Origin: Phoronis australis
Lineage: Eukaryota > Animalia > Phoronida
Direction: 5' to 3'
DNA length: 64,000 nucleotides
NCBI GenBank assembly: GCA_002633005.1
Contig: NMRA01000344.1
Location: 62,001 to 126,000, forward strand
Shown: piece after piece, positions 37,901 through 50,756 of the stretch
Layout of the letters: each line of letters begins with the position of its first letter
How positions within the stretch are numbered: position 1 is the first letter of the stretch
Program-made: the position numbers and the translations under genes
Notes under the pieces: model-generated
Told to the model about the DNA's origin: nothing
The model's database searches: none
Seen by the model: the letters and a program-made list of their open reading frames with translations, nothing else

Positions 37901-40900
37901 CACGTGTTAAAATATAGGGGTATGTACACTACACAAATGTAACATTTCACTCAAAACAAATGCATTTGTAATTAACACCCTTTTAACCTAGCATTTTAAT
38001 GGAGGAAACTGTGTGTGACAAATGTTGCATACTTACCATTTAATATTTTTGTTTCATGGTATTTGTTCACATCGGGGTACGTACACTACATTTCCATGAC
38101 ATGTCAGGTTTGTAACTAAATACTAAGAATCTACTGAGAGTTAGTTGATTTACTAAATCAATTCAAAGAGAAAAAATAAAAAAACACAGCATTCATGCGC
38201 ATATTTGCCATACTGAAAAAGGCACAAATTAAAATATGGGGATACGTACACTACACAAATGCTAATAGTTCTCTCAAAACAAATGTATTTGCAATAAATA
38301 CCCTTTTAACCTAACATTTTAAGAAGAGAAACTGTCTATGACCAATGTTGCTCACTTACCAAGTGATATAATTTTCATGGCATTTTTAATCATGGGGGTA
38401 CATACACTACAAAAGGAGGTACGTACACTACATCACTGTTTCTGCATCACATGGTAACATAATATTGTATGGACATTTATTTTTCTTTTGTGATAATAAG
38501 CACCATGTTGTTATTTAAAAGGCAATAATTTCATTTGTAATGACCAGTTGTGTCATTGGATTTCACATGGGGGTACGTACACTACATTTTGTTAGCCTTT
38601 TTGGCCCATTTTCACCATAGCAGAACCCAGTCAATATCCAAACTTTCGGTTTGTTTAGATATTGAATAATTTGCCGTAATGCCTAGGCTAACATATTCTA
38701 CAGTAGTTCTTTTTATTACAGAGTGTGAACTTTAGTTTTTAACCCTTTTTACAGTAGCTGAGGGTTAGAAACGCTAAATTCACAAATTTCGTAACGAGTG
38801 CCTGTTTTATGATGAACCCTACCATTTCCCAATGATTAAGCACAACTTCGTCTAAGTGACTCTGAAAGTGACTCAATTTATTCCCAGTCATATCAAAGCA
38901 ATTGCTTACTTAATAAAATAGATTTCTTTTCTACTGTTGACAGTTGAAAATTGTAATTTTTAAAATGGTCACTCGTAACGCTAAAAATGCATGAAATTCA
39001 TAGACAAAAAGATGCATAAATTTCTCAAACATTGTCCGATTTTGATGATTTTTTTTAATTTGCACAACTAAATAACTCTTTGCCATTTGGTAAGTAACCA
39101 AAAAAAATTATTTTAGACTGCAACACAGTCAAATCTTGAATATGGACCTTGATTGTGATTTAGCAATTAGGGGGGAGAGGGCACAGGTATAACCAGAATT
39201 TCGGCACATGCGCGCTCCAAGCCTAAAATTTAGGGATGCGGGAGTCTCGAATTTTAGGGTTTGCTGACCTGATTACAAAGAAAAAACGGTAAACGGGGTT
39301 TGTTCAAGGTCTATGCATTGTTTATTCGCCCCCGAGCCCCCGTGGATGAGCACCCGGACTGCCAAATGGTATCTGGTAGAATTTTAGGGGGGCCATGGCC
39401 CCCTTGCCCACCCTCTCTCAATCCGCCACTGCCACCAGACTGCACACCGATGGTGAAATACGGCTTTTCCGATGAATACGGCTTCTACCGTGATATACAG
39501 ATTGGCTCTACTTTCCCGTATATCACACTTGAATACGTCACATATACAATGGCTATATTTTCATTTGGGTTAAATATAGATTATTACATGGCGAAGTCGT
39601 TATCCCCCGTTATCTAGAGCCCGAGTGGATTTTGGAGAATTATCGCCCGAGGGCCGTTAGCCCTGAGGGTGATAATTCTACAAAATCCACGAGGGCTCTA
39701 GATAAGGGGGATAACGACTGAGAACATGTAATAATCTATTTATACCACATACTAAACGAGAAACATTGCAATGAATCGATCTACCTTTCTCGACTCGCCT
39801 CGGCTTTGTAACTACTTTCTATGTCAGAGGCCCGGGGTCGGAGGTCGTGACCTTTTAAGAAAAGCCGAGCTATTTTTGTCAAATAATNNNNNNNNNNNNN
39901 NNNNNNNNNNNNNNNNNNNNNNNNNNNNNNNNNNNNNNNNNNNNNNNNNNNNNNNNNNNNNNNNNNNNNNNNNNNNNNNNNNNNNNNNNNNNNNNNNNNN
40001 NNNNNNNNNNNNNNNNNNNNNNNNNNNNNNNNNNNNNNNNNNNNNNNNNNNNNNNNNNNNNNNNNNNNNNNNNNNNNNNNNNNNNNNNNNNNNNNNNNNN
40101 NNNNNNNNNNNNNNNNNNNNNNNNNNNNNNNNNNNNNNNNNNNNNNNNNNNNNNNNNNNNNNNNNNNNNNNNNNNNNNNNNNNNNNNNNNNNNNNNNNNN
40201 NNNNNNNNNNNNNNNNNNNNNNNNNNNNNNNNNTATTTTTCGGAGCGTATAAGTACAGTACAATGCAGTTTGTTGAACGTGCGATTATTGCGCGTGCTCA
40301 TTTAAGTATTCTATTTTCACACTTACTGACGTCAGTCGCTGCGTGGTGTAGTGGTTAAAGTCGGCGACCAGCAATATTAGGGTCCCGGGTTCGACCCCGT
40401 CCTCGGTTTCCCGCCAAATCGTTATCTCACTAGTGAGATAACTTTATGGGTTATTACACGGTTGTATCTGCCATTTGACGCTTTTATTGTGGTATAAACA
40501 TGTTTATCCCAGCTGTGTACTGACTACTGATGATATCGAGTGTTGTTTTTGCTATTTAAGTTTCTATTGACCATCTGGCCAAGAAGTGGCAGTTCTTTGT
40601 TCCAGACATGACTTAATTAGCCCCGCTTTTCTTTGACTTACTCTTGATGGCATGCAGTCACACTTTCATCCAGGGTGTCAACACCACAGTCGCCAAAATG
40701 GCCGCCGACGGCGTTCAGTTGGAAGTTCTCGGGGCACGCAACTGACGCTGGACCATAGATCTGTTGACAGGCACGTTTGACAGTGTTGCACTCTCCATTA
40801 TAGCAGTGGGACTGGAAAAACACCGGCACTAAAGTTGAACATGCACAAACCAAATTTATCCAACGGTGCGTAAGCAAGATATCTACCAATGTTGTCATCA

Positions 40901-43900
40901 AGATGTCTACTGATGTTGGTGCTGCCAATGATGCTGCTACAATTGCTGCTGTATGTGTTGGTGCTGCTTCAGCTTAAACTGCAAAACAACGACTTACATT
41001 TTCTCCTTGAAACGAGCACCTTGTTCCGTTCGGCCTGTGAAGATCAGCAGGACAGAATTCTGTTTCTCCTGTACAGTATTCGGGAGTGTCGCAGAATCCT
41101 TTTGACGCTCGACAAACTGATCCAGCTGTTATCTAAAAGAGATGATTATTCAAAGTACGACTAACCATTGACAAGGATGGGGATATAAGGGGCAAAATTA
41201 TTACTATCGGACACTCAATTCAAGAAAATAAACTTAATCTAATGATGCTACATATCTGATACTACTTTGTGAATCAAAAGTCGCTTCAACAGCTTCATTT
41301 GGTCTGTTTCATGCAATTTCAAGAATCGGATGTCAACACAACTTCTTTCAAATTAAGAAAACATTTTAATCGACTTTCTGAAGAGAGCCGTTATAAGGAA
41401 CCGAACCAACCATCTTCGAAATTGCAGAGTCAAGTGTTGTCACTTTGGTAAAAGCTTCAAGAAGTGTATCCCATAAAACAACGGATAACGCCCCGCTGTA
41501 CAGACACGGGTGCATCTGGGATTTACTACATGTTTGTCGTGTGAGGAACACATTATATAGTTCTGGGAGATGTTCATTAACCCATGTCAAAATGCTTCGA
41601 AACGTTTGCTTCTGAAAGCAAGACATAAAACTTAGTGGTGTAAAACAAGGTTGTGACGCTAAACAATATTATTAGAATGTGTCATTTGTAACAGAGTACA
41701 AAGTAATTCAATGACAAAAAAACGGTAGTTTTGTCGACCTCCGCAATGGGTTTTGTCAGCGTGGCGGAGAGCTCAACAATTCTGTTGATGACCAAAAGCA
41801 TTGTTCCCGAGTGTCCAAGTTGGCGATACCGGCGAGGGATGATGATGGCATCATTGTGACGTTTGAAGTCGTGTGCTATCACCAAACGAAGAATCTTTAA
41901 AACTAAACGCTCCCTCAATTGATGTAAAAATCATGTTCAAAGGTTATATGAATTAGCCACTGTTATTAAATAACGACTACTTTGTATTTGTTGAGCGCCA
42001 TACGTTAAATAGAGGACTGACCTTGTTTAGCTTTTTAAAACCATGAACGTCAGGGCCCGGACTAAACAGTTCGTAAACGAAATCAAACTCGTGTTTTTAG
42101 CATTTTCCGGTCTACTTATTGAGTGAATTCCACATAAGTGTCAATTAGTCTGTGCTCGAGTGCATCGCTGTAAATGCTTACGAATTTCTAGTCCAGATTC
42201 GCACTTGTTGATCTCTAGATTCAAGCTGCAGACTCGAGCAAATGGTTGAGATTTTGAAGAAAAACTCGAAACTTCGATTTCAGATTCAAACCGTTAAATT
42301 TAATGCTGGTGTGCAAACTACATGTCGGTCAGTGCAATTATCCTCATTAGCCAGTACATGCATGTACTCGAGCATAAAACATAGATATTGTATTTGAGTT
42401 TCCACAAACGTAGAATAGAAAATACCAAAGTAATTTGGAGTTCGACTTCGGTTAAAATTATTAGACAGCGTGACCTCATTTATCATTGCTTTAAATTTCA
42501 TTTCCCACAACAAGACAACACGGAATGATTTGCTTTCCGAAGCCGGCCCTTTTTTGGAATATTGGATGAATACCTTTAAAACTAACTGAACAGCTATACT
42601 CTAGATTACTGAAACAATCACGTTAACATTTCACCGCTGCATTTCTTCTCGACAGTTGCTGTTGGTTTTTGAGAATGGAGCTATTCGGAGAATTCTCATC
42701 GCGGTGTCGCTGTTGTACTACTGGCGATTGAATTGCGGGCGTCGCTGTCGGCATGTAAACAGCTGGCGAGTTTCCAGTTAGTCAAAGTGATGTCACCGGA
42801 ATGAGGGCAAAACCCGCCATATTGTTCTTGTTTTGTCCCGAGTCTTTGCTACACACGCGAAATCTTACTGGAGTATTTATGCCGAAGTTTACGCTTAAAA
42901 CGTTAACACGATTTAAGGGATGGTAGACGGATCGTGGAATAAATGTGAATGGACGAAGAAACTTCTTATGTTGTGCGAAGCTGTGAACGGACTGAAATTG
43001 GAACCCGACCCTGTCTAGGCCTGAATGCCGCGGGCATACAGGGGCGATAGTAGCCTGTATCGCCATAGAAAGTTTCTCATTTTAAAATACAGCAAATAAA
43101 ATCAATTGAAACATGCATATGTGCACATGGAGCTATAATTAACACATACCCTGACTCTGGATACAATTTAGTCTACAAATAACTTGAACATATCCATCAA
43201 AACCTCACGGTTCGCTTGAGTTTCTCTCACCGGGCGCTATTTTGAGGACGTTACGTCAAATCACGCCTGTTGACGACCAAAAAGTCCAAGGGACACATAT
43301 CTTACAAATTTCACTTGATATTTTCTCATGCTATTGTGCAGGTGTCACGCGCCAGGTCACGCACTTCGCTCAGTCTCACCTGACTCAGTGGTTATCGCAA
43401 GCGCGGACAAAGTTAACAGTAATCAAAAAGTGGAGTTGGAATTCTTCGCCAAAGTCACCTGAATTCCCGTAGCTATGCTTCATCGAAGATATGCTTAGAA
43501 GCAGAAAGGATCACTGAAGAAAGTACGCGCCTTTTAGGTGATAATTTTAGGTGTAGACTGTATTTTTGATGAGATGAAAACTTAATCAGTGAGCCGATTT
43601 CGCCTACCGCCCGTTTAAACTACACGGGACGAAATTAGTACAGAACGCGATGGAACGTATTGTAGTGCGAATCTGAATTTCATTTGCCATGCTTGTTTGA
43701 CATTTTTCACACTAAAAGATTAAAAACTAGAAGTAGCCAACAGAATACACTCTGCTACCGTATCGGGCAAATGGCAAAACGACAAGCTTTTGCCCCACTT
43801 CCGGTGACGTCACAGTTAAGTCTCACATAATCTCGCGTTATTGTTATAAACTCGCAAAAGGACTAGGGTTATCAAAATACGTCGTCTCGCTAAGCCTCAT

Positions 43901-46900
43901 TATTGCTATTGTCCCTGGTGCAAGTCTTCGACAGGTAGTCACAAATTCCTAAAAGAACTAAGGTTGCCACACGAATGGAAAATTGCGGTCAAAAGGGTCA
44001 ACCAAATGACAAGAAGTGTGTGGATGCCGGAGCCTTACTGTGTACTCTATGCATTCCCATTGAGAGACCATATAACGGTACTTGTTAAGATTTTAGCAAC
44101 CAGTTTCTATCGACATCGTTCGGTGATGTTATCCCCACCAGCTACCCCCACTCAATAACGGGTTTATTCAGTGGAACAAAGTGTCTTTTCACGGAAACTC
44201 ACCCGGGACCCGGATGGTAGGCTACCAGCACATATTCACGTTGTAGGTGGGAGTGCGCCCAATGTAAGAGGTGTATGGTGCGTGACGCTCAGAAGTCAAG
44301 GGTGACTTTTTCACAGCAGTTTCTCTTCAAAACTATGCTGTGTCCGATAAAATTCTCTAGATGAGTGAGTTTCCTTATTTTATAGCGCACCCCACCCCCA
44401 GAACTACCAGATTAGTTACCGAATTTACATGAATGAGCTATTCAGCAAATGTCGTAACATTGCATTGGAATAAAAATTGAACCTAGAATGAATTTTATTT
44501 GTTGAGATCAGAAACACATTTAAGGTGGCATGAAAAATACACATTATTAAATCACTTTTAGCCTGTTTCACATATTTTAATTCAGATCTTAAATTAGACT
44601 TGGGTACAAAGATTATTAGTTGATGCATATAAACATGAAGATGAAACGTCAAGACTATGTTCTGCCTTACAAAAGTAGTTTTGTCTTGTGTTTTCTTTTA
44701 TAATTTGCTAATATTTCCCTGATTATTCTGTTACAGGTGAGAGAAAACGACTGAAACCAGACGCCTGACTGTCTATTTAACCTTTGGACAACGTAAAAAG
44801 CAATCCTTCAGCAATAACCTAAGACAATTGAACCTAATTCAGAAAGTCAGCCCTTGATATGCCTGATTATGGACTCCGTTACATTGGGAAAATTACAATT
44901 GTTTTTAATCATGTTGTTTCTTTGTATGTGTGTGGTTGTTCAGTTTGCCATTTCGTTTTTAAATACACTGATACTTTTTTTTCAAACCTTGTGCATAGCA
45001 AATTCTTATCCAGCTAGCTACAATTGAAAACTTACTTTTCTTTCATGTGGAACTCTTGTTGACAAGTTAACACCAAATTTAAAATTGTTCAAAGGCCTTC
45101 TTAAGAAAGCTCTAAAAATAATTACAAACACAGATCAAATGCAAACAAACGGAATACTTCATTTTGATCGCTGCGCATTTCTATAGGTCAACAGGAAAAT
45201 GACAATTCGCAAGCGTAATCAGTAATAATTTCACCTTTATAAAGAATCAGCACGGCTGCATTGTATGGGGGTTTAAAACTGAAGAAATATTGTGGTTTCC
45301 ATAATTAGTGACAAATTTGCCTGTTGATGAAAAATTTATTCGATCATCAAAGTGTAACATCAACGGACTTTCTATTGACAATAAGACAATCGATGCAGTC
45401 ACTGAATGTCATTTCCCCCAATAATGTGTACCAAATTGAAACGTTTTACCGTTAGTATAATGCCTTTCTTCTGAAAGGAAAGGTTAATGTTACTCCATGA
45501 GAAAGGACAGGTATTTACACCAGATTCTTTTGGTTTTCATTTCACTGGGATCTAGTTTCAGTGACCTATAGACAGATTCCATAACGGAAACAGCCGAATC
45601 CTGGGGAGCGCCATATTGAGGTCACGCCATTACAGGCATGGCAGACTAAACACTGAAGTCAGTACAGTCTGTCTGTAAATTAAGCCTTCTGAGCTGGTGT
45701 GTCTGCTTGTGTTTTGTATTTGGTAGCAGATCAGCTGTTTTGAAATCATTGATAGGGGATGAAACTATAGCCAGTACAAATCGCACAATACTGCAAAGTA
45801 TATGGTTAAAATTGCACTAAATCATGGGTACACCAAGTACGTATCTAAAGCATTTAGGGGTAGGTGCAGTGACAAATACCTAATTGTAGAAAAATCTGGA
45901 TTTCTGGAATACCTTTTACCTAAAGACGCAGTTGTGGCAAGTAGAGGTTTTACTATTGATGACCAACTGTTTTCAAGACGAGTTAAGTTAAACACACCAG
46001 CTTTCACCAAAGGTAAGTCACACCCGTAGTTAAAAAGATCTGACAAAAACACCACGTGTTTCCACAGTTAGAATCCATGTGGAGCGAGCAAAACGAAGAC
46101 TTAGTTTTCAAAATTTTGAGTACCGTTTTCAAAATTTTGAGTACCGGTATTCCAGTGTCAAGCACAAAATCAGCGCATAACTACTTGATTGTGTGTGCTG
46201 GCCGGGATTGTGAACCTATGTGCTGATCTGATCAGAAATCAAAAGTTGGAAGACATGGACTAACTTACAGAGTTTTTATGTTGCCCATTCCAAGTGATAG
46301 CATGCACTGTTTCCTTTGGGGAAAGTTGGTATACAATTTGAGAAATTGCAATTTATACCAAAGGTGTACTGAGGCAAAGCATGCATGTGTCATAATATAT
46401 GATTCAAATATGGCTGGCTTGGAAAAACATTCAAAGTACTTCAAGCAATGAAGACGGTAAAGGCTTTGCAAAAGTAAATCCTCTTAGCCTCAACTTCGTC
46501 CACGAGGCGTTCAAGAAATTTCTGAAAGTAAAATGTACGCAATCGTGCAACACTTTGCTCAACAAAGCTTTCACTGTATGGCACACCTATGTCATAATAA
46601 AGTCATTGTCACGAACTTTAAAATTAGCGCACGTGAATAAACTTCGTGCTTCTGTTTTGGCCTAAAACAAATGTGATCAAAGTCATTGTCAGTTGTGTAC
46701 AAAACAAGTTTTGCTTTCTTAAGTCCAGTACAAAACATGGTTGTTGATACTATTTTTTAAATGGACTGCTTGATATGGGTATCACCAGGAAAGTAATGTT
46801 GTGCAACTGAACTAAGTGACTCACGAAAATAATCTTAAGAACTTAGGGAAATCATAAGAAATTCATCACAATGTTGCCATAATAGGAAATGGTTATTTGG

Positions 46901-49900
46901 CTCTGGGATGTTTCTGTGAACACTGTTTCATCCTGTTTAGAACATGTGTGGGATGGATTCCAGCACATCTTTGATTCCAGGGAACAGTTCAGCCTCAATG
47001 AAGAAAGTAAACAAGTATATGAACAAACCTGGAACAGATCCATTTGAAATAATTAAAACATAAGTTAGAACAATAAACAAACATCAAATTTATGTCACAT
47101 CACATATTTAATAACACACAGACCTTGTATAATCCAATAACACGACTTTGAATAGCTCACTAGCATGCTGAACAGCTGCGCTGTTTTTGTTTTTGGCATT
47201 CTTGTAATGGCTGACTTGGGTATGCGAAGCCTGTGGCTATAGTACGAAGTTACAAGATCTCTATCTGTAAAAAGGTCCAGTTTCGGCACGTGGCTTTTCT
47301 TCGTGCAACCTCGTTCAGCCACACATGACTCATTGCCTATAAAAGGGCATCCTCACCAATGAGGTTGGCTTGTGTAGCAGTTTGATATAGTTCCTTTTCA
47401 AACACAAACAATCCACTGGCACATTGTCTTAAGGTAACTTAGTACTGCGATTCACATTTCTCCAAGGCCACTGACTTGTACAGCTTGTCTATTTTGCGGC
47501 TTGGAGTGGCCTTAAAATGTCACTGAACCTGGAACAAATATTAAAATGTGAATTATTAAGTACTCCATGTTGGGTCAAAAATGCTACCCCTGTTTTGCAA
47601 AAATACCATATGGTGACTGCTCTACAATTTCACACAAAATTAAATAATTACTATTTCAAGAAAGCAAGGGTGTATATAATAAGTATTGTATAAAACTGCC
47701 TCTTTATTTTTCATTCATAGCCATAAGAATTCTTTAAACGTATCACTTGTCTCCAAAGTATGCAAGTTATTTGAGACAACTTTAAAGTTTTAAAAAACCT
47801 TTGTTACCCATTTTCAAGTCTTAGATACTTTCAGCAATTTCAAACTCCAATTACAGATTCATGGCATACTTCTGGTCTAAGGCTGAGGGAACAGTTTTTC
47901 AGACATTTTTATTTTTTTCTAATTGAAGATATGAAGACTTGGGTCATTTAAAAAATGATGGATAATCTTTCTGTTGTTTAAAAGTAATTACAAATCGTAA
48001 GGCACCATCAAAAATGCAATTTTCACAAAAAATAGTAGTTATTTGACTTTATAAACGACTTGCTACATTTCAAGGCATGAGTTAAGACTATTCAGTCATT
48101 GAGAATTCAGAAAATGTAATATATTTTTATGGGTTTACAATTGATAGCAAAACAGTTTCATGAAATAAACTCAAAGGAACTTCATGAAGGTTAAGAATTA
48201 CCTCACCATGCTCTTTTACCCAGACACTAAATTACCTGTTATTTCCACACATTCAGTTGCACCAAATTTTACACCCCAACCCTCTATGCCAACCCCTCGC
48301 TAAGGACCTGAATAAGTAAATTAACAAAACGACTTACATACCTTTCTTTAAAAATAGATGTCCCTTTTCAAAGACTTTGTTCGATGTCTCCGATATAGAA
48401 AGTAGGCTTTGACAACAGATCTGAACTGGATGGGAAGATCTTGCTTGTTAGCTGCAGTCAACTGTTTAAAACCAATTTTTGTCCATTCAAGGACGGTGGA
48501 GAAGCGATGAATATCTCCTCTGCGCGGTACAAGCCCTCAAACCTAAAAACCGAAGGTCACGTGAAAACAGACATGATAGATTTCCATTTCAACGTGTAAT
48601 AGATTTCCGGAAGACAGGATAGGGAGTAAACAAATAGTCTAATGCCAATGAATATTTGTCACGTACTCTTTGCCATTGGGCTTGGATTGTGACCTTAACC
48701 CACTAACCAATATCGAGTTGACAGCATAAACATTCAGCATTGATTGATATAACTGTCACTGATAAACCTGTTAAAAATCATTCCAGACATTAATAATACT
48801 GCCTTGACATACGAAAAGATCCCGAGTGTAACGTCAAGTCTCGTAACAGACATCAAAACAAACAAAGATTAACCCAACTGGCCACCGCCGCGAAGTCGAC
48901 ACCGGCGAGTAGCCTACCTCAGTCAACAAGCATCAGTAAAATAAACATGGAATAATCGTTAAAGTAATCACAAACCTTACCTTTGTATAAGGTCGTGCTT
49001 ACTTCCTCTCATAGAAGCCCTTTTTACGCAATCTCAGATTCAGTTGGCACGGCTGCAAGCCATTTCTCTCGAAAACGAGGCTGCTTAATCTATCCACGCG
49101 CGCCCTCTAGTTAATGTAAATTTTCCGAATAGCCCATTCCATCTGCAAATGGCTTCCCTGACGGATTGCCTGATTATTCAAGGTGAAGACTATAAACAAC
49201 TCTTAAGAAACGCAGCCTGGTCTGAAGAAGTCCGAAGGGAAGTTCAAAGTCCGAACTCATGGGCGGCCCTAGGATTTTGAGTTAGGGCGGCACGCTGAAG
49301 TACTAGCCAGGATTTTGCCCGTCAGACATTCACACCCCCGAAGTGACAAATGGAATCTGGGAGAATTTTAGGGGGACATGGCCTCTTTGGCTTCCCTCTA
49401 TATCCGTCTCTGGAACCTGATATATCTGCGGGATAATTCTTGTAGAAAGTTGATGCAGGAGGGTTTTAAACTAAATCAAAGACGTCTGGCAAGACTGTGG
49501 TTCCGGGGTCTTAAAGTAGCGGCAGTGCATTTATCGTCACCAATGAATTTCGTTATTTTTGTTTGGAAACGATACTTTTTGTCCACACTACGATTTTCCG
49601 CCAATGTACATGTAAGAGCAAATTATGGCATGACGCTGTTTTACATGCAAGGATAACTTCGATGCGTCTCTGCATTGGCGACCAAAGTGTGTTTTCTGGC
49701 AATGGTCTTACAACCCTGTAGCATCAGGATCACGTAGACAAAGCCAAATGGTTCGTGCAGGTTTTATGGTTAGATAGATTGCCTTTTCGTTAATGGTTGG
49801 AGTAGGTGGCCCATGCACAGTCTGTAGGAACAAATTTCCACTCGCTCCGTGCAAGCCTTAAAAAAAGAAAAACATCCGAACCAGCGTGTCTGCGGACATG

Positions 49901-50676
49901 CAATGACTGGTCATCACAGAGAGTGCACTAGTGGAGCATCCAACTCGTGATGTCGACAGAACTTGTGTGTGAAGTGTTCCTGGCCCTTAAGGTGAATTTC
50001 AGTGCACAATGTCAGTTAGTTAATACCAGAAAATTTTATACGGGGATTTTACATGAAAAAGTTCGTACCACGGGTGTTTTAGGTCCCAAGCAAAGTAAGT
50101 TAGGTTGAAATAAAGTGCCTTTCAGCGTAATGCTTAAGTCTTACAGAGCAGGTGTCGAGATCGCAACACGGCCCAGTAGCACAATGGGCATTCTCCACCA
50201 ATTTGCATGTCTCAGCCTGGCAGCATTTGTTGGTACAGAACATCACCAGACCACAGTCACACTGTTCGCTATCTTCGACTAACCCATTGCCACACCTCGG
50301 ACCATACATAATACTGTCTGGAACGTTCAGTAAGCAGATGTCTTTACCCAAACGAGCGGTGTCCAGTAAGGCCTGCACAGAACAGTCAGACCACGAAAAG
50401 GAAGTATCCCTGTAGGAATTAAATGGAACTACGAGCGATCGTCTTGCACAGACCTTTGCTTTTAACGTAAGTTACGTTATTATATCACCTAGATTTGGAA
50501 CTCAGTAGAATGTATTGGGTGGACACAGTGAGTGTATGTAATAATTAATAATAAATACTTAATTTATTAGAATATTGCAATTAAACACATAACTTGTCCA
50601 TATACATACACATATACATACAATCATACATGCATACATACGTACATACATACATACATACATGCATTCCTCTACG

Positions 50677-50756
<80 letters not shown>

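Larger units (their letters stand above)
42677..49135. mobile_element. Second ISL2EU-like transposon, heavily decayed
   Basis: AT|GGAGCTATTCGGAGAATTCTCAT ... ATGTAAATTTTCCGAATAGCCC|AT (AT TSD-like); THAP and DDE remnants on +, exonuclease-like remnants on -. Confidence 0.75.

Noticed and set aside
37022-38585. Regularly recurring GTACGTACACTAC motif as a CRISPR-like array
   Set aside because: Spacing is irregular (about 20-360 bp), intervening sequences are partly duplicated, and no cas genes are present.
39771-40358. Long ORFs in the ORF track (195, 160, 140 aa)
   Set aside because: They are open only because they run through the 346-N gap.
40338-40408. Functional tRNA gene
   Set aside because: A and B boxes are present but acceptor and anticodon stems do not pair; kept only as tRNA-like.
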